64,000 bases of DNA from Camelus ferus (taxonomy: Eukaryota), in assembly GCF_009834535.1 (NCBI RefSeq), contig NC_045696.1:108068001-108132000 (forward strand), given 5' to 3'. Positions 1 through 12,699 of this stretch are shown here, one piece after another. A model generated the notes under the pieces. The model was not told the DNA's origin. It ran no database searches and saw nothing but the letters and a program-made list of their open reading frames with translations. The position numbers and the translations under genes are program-made. Each line of letters starts with the position of its first letter. Position 1 is the first letter of the stretch.

Positions 1-699
1 TTTAGAATGAACACATCACAGGCAAAAGGGTAGAGGTTATTAAAGTGAATGAGGTTGTTGCCCTTTACAGGTCGATGGCGCCCTTTCATTTCACAGCAGC
101 AGGTAAAAGAGAGGAGGAGAAATCTTCATCGCCTTCACATTTGGATTATAGAGTGCATTCTCTAATGTAATATGAAATATCATCCTAATGAATTAGTCTT
201 AAAAATGCTGCCTATCAGAGTAATGAACAGAGTGCCTGGAAGTCCAGGATTGCTTCTGCCAGTGACATCAGAAACCATCCAGAGAAAGTAGTTATCATCC
301 AGTGCCTCATCTCCGAGGATTTAATGGCTCTGAGAGACATGGGGAAGAATGAGTTCAGATTTTAATAAGAAATGCCTCTGAAATGGCTGAATCTTTATTT
401 TTGATTATGGAGAAAAAAATATTGTCCACTGGTCCTTAAAAGCTCTCAGACCTTTTGGCCTGAAGTGATGGAGACTGGAAAAACCCAGGAACAGCATCTT
501 TCAAGCTAAATGAGACCCTCAGATCATACACTACCTGCGACAGTGTCTGAGGGACTGGCTTGTGAAGATTCATTTCCCACTGTGGTCTCCTGCCCTGAAT
601 GAACATTTCAGAAAGAGTTTTGTTCCTCTGCAGTGACAGTCCAGAAGGAGCCATGCTCCAACAGGGGAGTGTCATCTTTCCCCGGCTTTCTCTTTTTTT

Positions 700-812
700 T
701 CCAAATTTTAAAATTATTAAAAACTTTTTTGATTAAATTTTAATACAATTTTTTTGAAAGTTACACTCCATTTACAGTTATTACAAAATATTGGCTACAT
801 TCCCCATGTTTC
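700..812 (-). mobile_element. short L1 3' end fragment
   Basis: T-rich tail followed by ttacagttattacaaaatattggctacattccccatgtt, typical of an L1 3'UTR end in reverse. Confidence 0.55.
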
Positions 813-849
813 CCTAGCTTTCTTGATATGCTTGGATTACTTGGGAGTA

Positions 850-1400
850 GTTCCACATGCATCCCTTGCCCACTAACAGAAATGATTTTGTTCAAGTGTC
901 CAGCTGTCACTCTCTGGGCCCATTCTCAGCCCCGGGAGATAAATCTTTATTATAACAAATCAACCACGTTAATAATGTCCTGCTACCAGTGACAGAATTC
1001 TGGCCAATGAGGTAGAAGTGAAGTGAAGATGGTGATGTTTTGGAAATGTTTTCCTTACTTTTAAGAAGAGATACAAGAAAAGGATGTTCTCTCTAGGCCT
1101 TTGGACATTTTTGTGTGGAGACATGATGTTTGGAGCTGCGGCAGCCATCTTGTCACCATGAGAGTTCAAGCTTGAAGACAAAGGGACAAGCAAAAAGCTG
1201 AGAAGGGCAGAGCCCAAAGGTAGAAAGAACCTGGCTCCTCAGTGACCAGACTGAGCCACTGAATGAAACTGAATATGCCCCAGTTCCACACTTCATGTTA
1301 TGTGATGTAAGTGCTCTTATTTAATTTTCTCTTATTTATTCAAAAGCCTTTTTGAGTTGTGTCTCCTATTACATGTAGCTGAAAGGATTCTAAACTGACA
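850..1400 (+). mobile_element. MaLR solo LTR (MLT1J/K/L-like)
   Basis: ttctggccaatgagg, ggagctgcggcagccatcttgtcaccatgag and terminal gctgaaaggattctaaactgaca. Confidence 0.75.
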
Positions 1401-1579
1401 TATAGTCACCATCTTTGCCTCCCCTTTCTTTCCTCTTTCCTCTCCTCACCCTCTTTTATGAAGACTTTATTTTTTTTTTTTTTGGTGATATATTAATTAC
1501 TTAACATAAATTATTTTCTGATTTTTATTTGAGCATACTATTTTTTTTTCTCCCAGGCTGCAATTTGCATCAAACTTAG

Positions 1580-2798
1580 TTATTTGTTTATTTATTTATA
1601 TTGAAGTACTGTCAGTTATAATGTGTCAGTTTCTGGTGTACAGCACAATGTCCCAGCCATGTATATACATACAAATACTCATTTCCATATTCTTTTTCAT
1701 TAAAGGTTATTACAAGATATTGAATATAGTTCCCTGTGCTATACAGAAGAAACTTGTTTTTTTTTAATCCAGTAGTTAAATAAATCTCAAACTCCCAAAT
1801 TTATCCCTTCCTACCCCTTTTCCCAGTAGCCATAATATTGTTTACTATGTCTGAGAGTCTGTTTCTGTTTTGTAGATTAGTTCATTAGTGTCCTCTTTTT
1901 TCTTTTTTTAGATTCCATATATGAGTGGGTATCATATCATTTTCTTTCTCTTTCTGGCTTACTTCACTTAGAATGACAGTCTCTAGGTCCATCCATGTTG
2001 CTGCAAATGGCATTATTTTATTCTTTTTTTATGGCTGAGTAGTATTCCATTGTATAAATATACCACAACTTCTTTATCCAGTCATCTGTTGATGGACATT
2101 TAGCTTGCTTCCATGTCATGGCTACTGTAAATAGTGCTGCTATGATCATGTATCTTTTCAAATTAGGTTCCCTCCAGATATATACCAGGAGTGGGATTGA
2201 TGGATCATAGGGTAAGTCTATTTTTAGTTTTTGAGGAATCTCCTTACTGTTTTCCGTAGAGGCTGCACCAAACTGCATTCCAAACTAGCAGTGTAGAGGG
2301 TTCCCTTTTCTCCACACCCTCTCTAGCATTTATCATTTGCAGACTATTGAATGATGGCCATTCTGACTGGTGTGAGGTGATACCTCATTGTAGTTTTGAT
2401 TTGCATTTCTCTGATAATTAGTGATATTGAGCATTTTTTTCATGTGCCTATTGGCCATTTGTATGTCTTCTTTGGAGAATTGCTTGTTTAGGTCTTCTGC
2501 CCATTTTTGGATTGGGTTATTTGTTTTTTTGTTATTAGGTTGTATGAGCTGTTTATATAATCTGGAAATTGAGCCTTTGTCAGTTGCATCATTTGCAAAT
2601 ATTTTCTCCCATTGAGTTAAGTTGTTGTTTTGTTTTGCTTATGGTTTCCTTTGCTGTGCAAAAGCTTGTAAGTTTAATTAGGTCCCATTTGTTAATTTTT
2701 GCTTTCATTTGTATTGCCTGGGTAGACTGCCCTAGGAGAACATTGCTAAGACTTATGTCAGAGAATGTCTTCTTCTAGCAGGTTTATCGTGTCTTGTC
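1580..2798 (-). mobile_element. 5'-truncated young L1 (ORF2 C-terminus + 3'UTR)
   Basis: ORF 2018-2278(-) reads LPYDPSIPLL...AALFTVAMTWKQAKCPSTDDWIKKLWYIYTMEYYSAIKK (L1 ORF2 C-terminus); TSD-like tgaagactt(t)attt at 1459 and 2799. Confidence 0.95.
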
Positions 2799-3203
2799 TG
2801 AAGACTTATTTCTTGACAGGTAGTTGTTGCTTGCAAGCTTAGGCATCCACATAGATCCCATAACAGCTGGCCCTCTCTGAGGACGCGTATGGGACAGGGG
2901 TTCTCCAAACTTTCCTTGAACTCAATGGCTCAGAAAAGAACACCTTTAAAGCAGCGACTTGATAAATATCAGATTCATTCTTCCTTTAGAGTGAAGTCAG
3001 AGACTCATGAAACCTCAGAGGAGTGACAAGGACTTGGGATCTTCGGCAGAGCAATTCACAGTGGCCCATTTTCGCTTGTCTACTTGTCTGGTCCTCTGAC
3101 TCCCGCTGCAGGATTCTCCTTGCCTGGGAGAGGGGAGTCAGGTCACTGTAAGGAAGAGAAGAATTTGTATTTCTTAGAACTTTTTGCTTTTTCTTCCCCA
3201 AAC

Positions 3204-3277
3204 TAAAAAAAAAAAACAAAAAACAAACAAACAAACAAACAAACAAAAAAAACCCAAAAGAACAAAAAAAAAAAAAA
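3204..3277. repeat. A-rich / (AAAC)n simple repeat
   Basis: directly visible. Confidence 0.9.
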
Positions 3278-3619
3278 CCCCAGGAAAATAAATCCCCCAC
3301 ATATTTCTGAATTTCTTTTCTTCCCCATTCCTCACATCTCTAAATATATCGAACATGATAATTTTATGAGCAACCAAGTTATACATAATACATTTTATGT
3401 TCTGCAATGTATCAAGTGATTTTAGATCTGCACAGGATGCTAAAAAACAAGAACAGACAGTGCCCAATTTGTAAATTAATTTGGGAGTATAACTTTTTTT
3501 AAGTGGGTTGCTTGAACTCAGAATGCTTTTTCTTAGGGAAAGAAACAACGGTGGTTGAGTTCCAAAAACCCACATATTCCATAACGTGCTGCAGCCTTGT
3601 GGTTTACTCACCGCACTAA

Positions 3620-3820
3620 TAATGAACCATTGCTGAGCCCCTCCTGTGTGCCTGACCTTTACTCCACCTTTATATATGTTATCTTGATGGTTGAATGCTC
3701 ACAACATGTGTCAAAGGGAACTAAAATTCAGATAGCTTAAGTAATTTGCCCAAGGACACACAGCATGTATATAGTTAAAAAAAAAAAAAAGACCCTGTCG
3801 TCTCTCTGGCTCCAGAGTTG
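3620..3820 (-). mobile_element. MIR SINE
   Basis: ttaagtaatttgcccaaggacacacagc...ctggctccagag, the MIR core in reverse. Confidence 0.7.
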
Positions 3821-4229
3821 GTTGTTTTCACACTCACCCTGCCCACCTGATGGGTCTCAATCACCATCTGCATCAACATTTCTATGTAAAAATGCATTCC
3901 AAATTCCAATTACAATGCCAAGATCACATCTCTCAGCTCTGGCAGCTGAAGTCCCCCTTGCCCTTCCAATTTCTCTGTTTTCTTTTCAGTAGCAGACAGA
4001 GAGAGAGAAAGAGAGAGAGAGAGAATGAATCAGTGTGATGGGTTGGTCTGGCAGGAAAGCCTCATCCAGTCATTTGGCAGGCAGCCTGTCTCCATCTCAT
4101 CTCTGGACTTGAGCATCCACTGCCTCCCCCAGCCCCTTCAGGTAGCTGAGCTGAGATAATGCACACTCTCCTCATTACATTTCTGCTACTTTAACCACCT
4201 GTTTACAGCCTGACCACTGATACAGCTTT

Positions 4230-4700
4230 GATAAATGAGCTTGGTGATCATTCAGATCCCACCTTGGACCAGAACCTCACTTTGAAACCGTTCAGTAATA
4301 TGTGGGTTTAAGATAAACACAGTGAGATTTCTGCCCCTGCATCTCCCACTGGTATCTCACCCAGTGTGGACCATCAAAATTTTCTCTATGTCTCATCTCT
4401 TGTATCTAGACCTGCCATCTCCCTTCCCACCAGGTTAATCTCTTCTTCTTCTTCTTCTTCTTTTTTTTTTTTTTTATTAATTCTGAAAGTGTTGGGAATC
4501 TTGTAAAATCAGCCAGGCTGCCTTAATGCCTCCAGTTGACCTACATCTCCCCCAATGTACAATTATTTTATTTCTTAGTTTAAAAAAATTCTTCCAATCA
4601 GGTTTGTAGTCTTCCTTGATAGCAACTACCACCCCACATTTTTTCCTGAAAAGCATGTCCTAATTTCTCCTGTTACCCTGTAACGATCTTTTTGTGCATC
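4230..4700 (-). mobile_element. possible highly decayed CR1-clade RT fossil
   Basis: minus-strand translation across frames gives, in the expected order, TNLIG, DFTRF, RHRENFDGPHW, TSG-MQG and TKL. Confidence 0.4.
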
Positions 4701-6009
4701 CTTGACTGCTCTTAAGAAGACCTTAAACTACGCTCTTTGCCTTTAGTTATTATTATTATACTGAGAATTTATAACTTAGTTTGTGGAGTATTTTGGGCCT
4801 GGCTCCATGATTCTTTTCTTTCCATTTCCTGGATTTCCCTGCTCCTTGTGGCTCCTACCCAAGGGGAAAAGAAATGGCAGGAAAAAGACACAGCACGAAG
4901 CCACAGCCAAGGGGAAGTTGTTGCCTCTTGACTGGCTGAAAGGAGGTGTTTCCATTCTCCGTGGACTCTCAGAATTGGCTTTATAAAGTGGAAATGACAA
5001 GAAAAAGGAAACAGAGAGACAACATATCAACACAATCCACCCTGAAGATACATGCATTCTGAGTTCTTGGCTAAGAAATTATCCTGAGTTTTTAGGAAAT
5101 AGAGAATGATCGCTGATAGGAGTGAAAAGTGTTCCCTTTGGGAGCTGAGCCTCCCTGGTCTCTGAAGACCTTCGCTGCCATTAGTTGATTAATTAATTCA
5201 TTAACACCTCGTAGAGCACAGGATATTGACTCCATATGGCACGGAGCAGGCAGTTTGATTTCTTTAGAAAATTTCTCTTATACGAAAGCACAGAAATAGT
5301 AAATAATTAAGCTCTAAGCCGCCTCGTTGTGATCTTTTATTGATCAAGGCAGAGATTTGAGAGGAAGAAGGCTTCAGGCACTTGCTCCAACCAGACTGTA
5401 TTTGCCCCACGATGACATGTTACTGCGAGACGCTTGTTCCTATTATGAAGACTTTAAGGAACGAAACAAGCCCGCGATGTGTTTATGGCTCGCGGTACTT
5501 CTGTCCGAGGTTAATCAACCCAGTCCTGAAGACCGAAGCATTTTCTGGTGGACTCTCAAGGGGCCAAAGGAAGTGAGAGATGAGGATGGGCTGCCTGCTG
5601 CCTTCCGAGTCCTGGCTTCATTAAGCTGGGTTTTAATGCCTTTTTTTTCTAATAAAGCTATTAGAACAATGACTTATGATTGTGCGGGTCAGTGAGACCT
5701 CCAGGGAGTGCAGGGCTGAGCCTGGATCAATGACAGGGAAAGTGGTCTGAGCCGTTCTGCCCAAGGAATTTTTGCTGCTTCCCTCCCAGTGCACCGTGCT
5801 GCCCCCCTGAACACCTGTCCCCGCTCCCCAGCCAGCCAACCGCCCCTCCCCCAAGGTCTCCAGGTGGACCCAGGTGGGGGAGAGAGCCATCCAGGTGGGA
5901 TTGTTCACTGCCTTGGTGTCTCAAACCTTTCCCCGTCTCTCGTCCTGCTTCAGTTCCCTTCCCTGCCGTGTGCCCCTTCAAGGACTATCCCCTTCTCTGC
6001 CTGCCTTCT

Positions 6010-7830
6010 GCGCAGAGCTCCTTGAGGGAATTGTCTACACCCACCATCTCTACCCTTCTTCCCACGTCCCTGGCACCTTCCAGCCTGGGCTTTCATGCTT
6101 CACTTGTAACTGCTCCTTGGTGACAAACCTCATCTCACTACTCTGGGGGGTAAATCGAATCCACAATCATATGATAAACCTTCTTGCTGGGAGGCTTTGG
6201 AAACTGTCCATGATTCTCTCCTTACTGTCACCTCCTTTGGCTTCTGTGACAACTCGATGTGTCTTCCCACTTACTCCTTGTGGTGGTCGTGGAAATACAA
6301 GGCTCAGACCCCCACTTGAGAAAGGACGTACTGCCTAGTTGAGGCTCCCTCAGGATTCCCTTCATCTGTGGGTCAAGGTCTTCTTGACCAATGGCCGGGC
6401 AAGGAGGGGTAGAGGGCTCGGCCACTTTCCCACCTGGGATCCTCCAATGGGAATCTTTGCCCTGGAGCTCCCAGGAGGTGGCGGAGACTTGGGTCTGCAC
6501 CAGTCTGACCAACGCCCTGCCCAGTCCTCCCCCTTACCTTCCCCCTTCACAGCGTTGCTCCCAGTGAACCTTCTGCCTCCTAACTCCGTCTCAGTGTTTG
6601 TTTCCTGGAGGACCCAGGTGACACGTTCCTGATACTCCTCTGTTGCCATCCGTTTTTGCCAGCCTCTTAAAGGATGATGTTTCAAATGTGTTGATCTAGG
6701 CCCTCTTCTCCTCTCAATTTGCCCATTGTTCTTGGGCCACTGTCTTCTCCTCGGTGTCTCTCACTTGCCCCCACCCCAACTAGTGAAAAAATTCAAATCG
6801 CCCTTAGATCATCTCTCTCTCCTGTCTTCAAGTCTGTGTATTTTTGCTTTCAATGTCTTGTAGACATCTCAAACTTCACAGGTACAAAAAACCCTCATCA
6901 ATCCCAAATCCTTATCCTTGTGAAAATTAAAAATAAAAGGTCCTCTTGTATTTACTGCCTTAGGGTGTGGTCCTAACTGTGGATGAAATCTCTGTGCCAG
7001 AAACCATGCTTTTGTTCTTGATTCCCCTGGGGCCCTCTGCTGCCCTGCCACCCACAGCCCATCTCCACGCACACGTGCCCACCGTCTCTGTTCTTGCTGG
7101 AGCTGCCACGTTCTCACCTGGGTCCCTTGCAACTGCCTCCTGACTAGTCTTTCTGTCCTTAATCCCACCACATGCAGTCCATCCTTGACTGGATGTTGTC
7201 AGAGTGATCCTGAAATACAAACCTGGTATCATTCCCCCATCAGCCCCTTTTAATAGCTTTCCCTCCACCCTTCAATCCAAACATTGTTAGAGGAAGAGGA
7301 GTCCCTGGACCAGCAACATCAGCATCACCTGGAACTTATTAGAAATGCAGATTCCCAGGCACCAGCTCAAACATGGATCAGAAGCTCTGGGATTGGGCCC
7401 ATTAATCTGTTTAACAAGCTTTCCAGGTGACGCACGCTAAAGCGTGAGTATCGGTGGCTTGGGAAGCCGTTCATGTCTCCGGTTCCCTCATTTGTCCCAG
7501 TACACATCCGCCTCCTCCCCTGCTCTGATCACACTGAACAACTTGCCTGCCCAATATGGGGCTCCCTCTGCTAACTCCTGAGTCAGGGCATGCACCACCT
7601 CCTCCAGGAAGCCTTCCCTGACACTCCTCTAGCTGAGTTAGGCACCCCGTTCTCTGTGCTCTCAGGTTCCCTGGGCTTCACTCTATCACAGCTCTTATCT
7701 TGCTCTGGTGTAATTGCCTTTTTACCAGGCTGCATCTCCCACTAGACTGTGAGCTTGTTCAAAAGACAGATTGTCTTTCATCTCTGACTCCCGGGGACCT
7801 GGCTCGCTGCCAGGCCTAGAGAGGGGGCAT
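6010..7830 (+). mobile_element. fragmented L2 LINE (pieces ~6010-6260, 6740-7280, 7500-7830)
   Basis: agacatctcaaacttcaca; tgcaactgcctcctgactagtct; cctcctccaggaagccttccctgac; cccactagactgtgagct. Confidence 0.7.
7295..7458. mobile_element. MER5A hAT-Charlie MITE inside L2
   Basis: ggaccagcaacatcagcatcacctggaacttattagaaatgcagattcccagg. Confidence 0.85.
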
Positions 7831-8789
7831 AGTCATGTCGTCCTGGTGGAGGAGTATGAGCCTCTGCCTTTGCTGGGGTTGCTGGGCGACAGTGACACCG
7901 TCAGCTGCCTGGACCAGGTGCATTTGGCCTCCTCAGGTGCCTCTGGACGTCTACTATAAAAGTAGTGGGACTGGAGTTTGATCTCATCCTGCTTGTTTCA
8001 TGTTAGCCCTGGGGAGGTGGATGCTGGCATGTGCTAATTGGATGACAGCATTGGGTCTGACTGGCCTCGTGAATGTGCACACAGGCAGTGAGAGGAGCAC
8101 AGTTCAAACAGAATCATCTTGAAAATGCTTTGATTCTCTCAGCTAAGCAGCCTGACCCTGCACTCCTGGGAACTGGGCAGAACTCTGCCACGCTGCTGCT
8201 GGGGATCAGCTCTGCGGAGGGGACTGTTGCTGCTCCATCCTCCCAGCCTGTTTAACCCTGCAAGGTCTTAATTTGTCCATCTTCGCAGTGGCCATCATCC
8301 AGATTAGTCATGTGTCGTGCCAAGTGCTCTAGGCACAAGCCTTTCCAAATGAGTCACTCCCACCATGGTTCTGACTTGAAAGCACACAGAGCATTAGGTG
8401 TGCATCTGGAAATGCATAATGGAAAGGGGGAGGCTGAGGGCGCACTGGTCTTCAGGCAACCTGGGAGCCCGAAGGAAGAATGGTCCAGGTTGCAGATGCT
8501 GAGAAAAAACAGAGCAGAGAAAGCTTACTTCCTGGACTGAGAAGAGCTATGGTTCTCCCTTTCCCCACCTCAAGTCATGGCAGCTCTCACCAGTGTCCAG
8601 GAGTCAAGGATGCAGCAGGAAGAGGGAGCCCAGGAGACAGACAGGGGAAGGTTTGAGCTACACTAGAGCAGGTTTGTGGATGCTGATCCCTTGTGACACT
8701 GCACCTGTCAAACGTTCAGCTTCCTCCTATAAGCCACCCCTCAGACCAGATGCATCGCTTTAAGGCAGGCACCGGTCCTTAGTCTGTCT

Positions 8790-8945
8790 GGTGGGGAATC
8801 AGGGATCCTTTTGAGAATCTAAGAAAATGGTGGCAATTCTACCCAGAAAAAGGAACAGTTCCCATAGATGCATATTTTTTGGTCTCATTTTGGGTGGTTT
8901 ATGAAATCCTTGAACTTTATCCATTAACCTATAGAAGCCCCTGAA
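8790..8945. mobile_element. MER103C-like hAT MITE
   Basis: gatccttttgagaatctaagaaa...cccagaaaaa; related copy in opposite orientation at ~58420. Confidence 0.55.
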
Positions 8946-9349
8946 CAGCTGAGAAGGAATCCACACTGCTAGTTGCTCCTGGTCTTTTCTGCACCGAAGT
9001 CCCTCCTGTATCAGCCTCACTCCTGAAGCCCCAGGCAGAATTGCTCCCTCCTCAGCACACACGTGCACGTAGCCTCAATGCACAGCAAAGTCCAGGAGAG
9101 GACAAGGCCTCAGTCCCTGGAGTCAGGAGCCCAGTTGCTACCTGGGTTCCTGCCCTGGATTCCCTACTTACCCGCTGTGTGACCTTGGGGACGGGTGGAT
9201 GAGCCGTGCCAAGCCTGCTCCCTGGCTGATGCCCGAAAGTTGGAGAGCTGGCCAGCTCAATTATGGATTAAATGAGATAATGTGAAAAGTGAAGCACAAG
9301 GCAGACGCCCTGGCTTTGCAGTCAGAACTGAGTTCAAAACTAGCCTTTG

Positions 9350-9513
9350 GGCGGGGGGAGGGTATAGCTGAATGGTAAAGCGCGTGCTTAGCATACGTGA
9401 GGTCCTACGTTCAATCCCCAGTACCTCCATTAAAACAAAGAAACAAACAAAAAACCTAGTTACCCCCCCCCAAAAATATTTTAAAAATTATTTAGAAAAG
9501 GAAAAAGAAAAAA
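9350..9513 (+). mobile_element. vic-1-type camelid tRNA-derived SINE inserted in a MIR
   Basis: ggggagggtatagctgaatggta (A box), cttagcat anticodon loop, gttcaatccc (B box), A-rich tail; TSD-like aaa(g)ctagcct(t/c)tg on both sides. Confidence 0.9.
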
Positions 9514-9809
9514 AGCTAGCCTCTGACACTTCTCTGCCTTCGGGCAAACTTAATATCTAAAGGCCTCAATTTCTTCAAATGAAATGTGGGCCGATTAAAG
9601 TCTGTCTCATAAGATCAGATTATGTCAAGGATATAAAATGTTTAGCATATAAAGATGCTGAAGAAGTGGACGCTGTGGTTGTTACTGGAGGCAGTGGAGG
9701 GCTGAACGGACATGAGGCCTGAAGATCGATCGGTGTGTCGTCGTTCATGGTGTGGGTAGGGTCAGCCCAGCCCTAGACAGAGGACTGGAAACTGACCTGA
9801 TACCCGGCT

Positions 9810-10045
9810 GTGGGTTAGGCTGCTTGAATTCAAATCCCAGCTTGTCCCTTACAAGCTGGGTGGACTTGGGAGAGTCAGTTAATCTCTCTGAGCTCCAGTT
9901 TCTCCAATCTGTGAAATGGAAACAGTAACACTATCTACCACGTAGTGTTGCTCTTGCTTGTGAAGGTCACGTGAGAGAATGTGTAAACTGCACCTAGTGT
10001 GGAGTCTGGCACCGAGCAAGCACGCAGTACGTAGCAGCTTTATTA
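9810..10045 (+). mobile_element. MIR SINE
   Basis: ttcaaatcccagct...ttaatctctctgagctccagtttctccaatctgtgaaatgg. Confidence 0.85.
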
Positions 10046-11529
10046 CAGGTCTTGTCTGAGGGAGGGCAAGGGGGGCGTCCACACCCCAATCCCAACCCTA
10101 ACCTGCAGAGCTCACCAGGTAGCAGGGGTCAGCCTTAGCGTCTTGAGGAATTGTTTTATTTTGTCTTTGTTTTATAGTTAAATTTGGACAATGTAATGAA
10201 AGCCTGGGGGTGGTGTGGCCCGGCGTGGGGTGCCAGAAGAAAGACTACGGCCCCATAGACTCCAGGCCCACGGGACCCGGTATGGTCCCGACAGCCTGCT
10301 GCTCGAGCTCACTGTTGGGGATGCTCTGTGCCTGTTTCCCGGACAATGGGTTCCTCCCATTCTCGGTCCCTGGAGCCCCTGCCAGCTGAGGTTTCCAGGA
10401 ATACACCCACGCTCTCCTGGGTAGCAGAAGTTCATCTCAAGCTACCTGAAGCAGAGGTCACAGGGATCCAGCGCTCTGTGCATCCCAGCTCCTCCAGGAG
10501 AGCGCCCGTCCCCACTCCCGCCCAGGCCCAGGGAGGCTGCTGAGCTTCGTTCATATTCATCATCACTTGGAGCTGCACCTTTTCTCCAGGCTGTGTGAGG
10601 ATGTGCATCACCATGGAAACGCTAGAGGTGAAATCACTCAAGTGTTGGCAAGTGGAGTTTCTCTCTGGAGCTTGGAAAAATGGAGATCAGGCTCACTGTG
10701 TCACAGAAAGGAAAGATGCCCTCAAAACAACCTGCACACTCCTCTCCATTCCATGTGGGGACTTTCTCTTTAAATAAAAACTGCACAATAAATGAAAGAG
10801 AAATGTTTTCAGGCTGCAGATTGGCGGCCCCAGAGAGTCCACTTGGAGTGGACACACCAATCCTTTCTGGCTTTCCTAAACTGCTACATCTTGTAGAGTG
10901 CATAACATGTTCTTTCTGAAAAGAAATGGGGTGACATCTTGGAGCTGATATTTTAAATTGATGAAGCTGGAGCCCAGAAGCACGGACCCTTGTGCTTCTT
11001 GGCCATTTCTGGTCCTTTGCCTGATTTTTGTGCCCAGGACACATTTTCTAAAGGAAGATCTGTCAGGCTCCTGGTAGCTGAGTTCATCAAGGATGTATTT
11101 GCTCACCTGGGCCGGCTCCAAGATCTCTGGGCTCATATCCTCCTCCCGGGTCGCCCTGCCTTCAGACTCTGGAGGGCTCTATGCCAGCTCCCGGGAGCTA
11201 ATTTGGGCAGTGAGAGACCACACAGCTTTGGGTGCCCAGGCTGGGGCAGAGGAGGAGAAGCAGGGAACAGAGGGAGTGCGGGCGGCGCTGGGGTGTGGTT
11301 GGGCACTAGGGCAGCTTCTGGGAGACGTTGGCTAGCGGCTGGGGGTGGATCTGAGTGCGCCCGTGGCTTGGAGGAAGCCCTCGGTGTGGACCACTTGAAT
11401 CTAGTTCAGCCGCAGAGTATGGCTTGCTTTCTTGTCTTATTTTCTTCCACTGGGTGAGAAGAGCCCTGGTAACACTTCCTCTCCCCCCATCAAGGGCAGT
11501 TTTGGACACAACGTGTAAAAGCTTGGCTT

Positions 11530-11700
11530 CACTCACTCACTCATTCATCTAACAAGTAATCACTGAGTGCCTGCTGTGTGTCTGGCACCATGGTGGGACG
11601 TGAGGATACAGCCTTCTTGCAAATAGTTGTGGACCAGGATGGCAGAATGAATATATGGTCACAGATAAGCACACAGATAAAGTAGATGATTTCAGCAAAT
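11530..11700 (-). mobile_element. L2 3' end
   Basis: cactcattcatctaacaagtaatcactgagtgcctgctgtgtgtctggcac. Confidence 0.7.
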
Positions 11701-12699
11701 GACCCTATTGTAACAGTTGTAACTTTTCTGTTTTTATCAGGGACTTTGCTCTCTCAAAGGAGGTTAAGACAGACAGACAGACACCCACATCCACACACAC
11801 AGCAACTGGTCTTGAAACTAAGGTCAGTGTTTCACTTTCTGTGAGAGATAGGTCATTTGAAATGCAGTCTAATCTATTCCATTCTGTGCTTTTAAGGTTG
11901 CCCCTTCACCTCTGAGTGCCTTCATTTCTCCATATTAAATGTCAGTCAGAATGATTCGAATAATCTATGTTTCAGTGGTCCTAACATAGGAAGAGCAAAG
12001 GTGTGGAGATGTCGGCATGTGGGGTCAGTGATGCCTCTCCTGGTTTCTGACTTCGGGCTGCCCACGGCATAACTCAGGGGGCATCTTGTCCATGGATTAC
12101 ATTGTGGATGGTACTTCTGAAGCTGTGAAACTACAGACAGCCCTGCTGCAGGTGGCTCTGAGGGTGGTGTTTGGAGCCAAGTGGGGACTAAACTCTAGGA
12201 GGCAGGCAGGAAGGGAAGAGGTTCTTCAAGGGGAGGAGGAGGTCCAGAGTGAGTCAATGCTGGTGGGGTGAGTGCTGTGCTGTTGACACAGCAGAACGTT
12301 AATGTGATGAGCAGGGTGATGGTGGACAGGAACCAACAGGAGAATGAGCAAGAACTCATGGGGAAGAGACCACCAGTTCCTTTGGGAGGCTTCTAGAAAG
12401 CACCAAGATGGAGAGATCTGAAGTGCTACCATCCTGTAGGTGGGGCTAATGGTCTGCAGCCTGGGGGACAAATTTGTAAAATGGCCACATCTATGATTCA
12501 CTATTTAGTGGGGCCTTGGGTCATATGGGCCCCCGGTTTGGAACAGAGTTCTCAGGAGGATTATTGTTTTAGAAAAGGAACACTTATTTCCTTCTTGAGG
12601 GCCTCCGGGAGAGAACTGCCAAAATGTGAGAGGACGGGAAAGAATGTTGCGAATCTACCTCTACTGAGTACCTGGCGTCCCTCTGCTCCTGGCAGAGGC

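Noticed and set aside
1..440. Fragments like EVVALYRS, PSHLDYRVH and IQRK resembling the CR1 C-terminus
   Set aside because: Spacing between motifs does not fit; cannot be separated from chance.
2977..3155. Possible exon (ttcttcctttAG ... GTaagg) and other isolated splice-donor matches such as 22278 and 48049
   Set aside because: No coherent reading frame or exon chain; such matches are common in bulk mammalian DNA.
9350..9430. tRNA-Ala(AGC)-like sequence (also at ~29895, 52416 and ~52710)
   Set aside because: These are SINE heads: they share a non-tRNA tail, have imperfect stems, and three of the four show TSDs.
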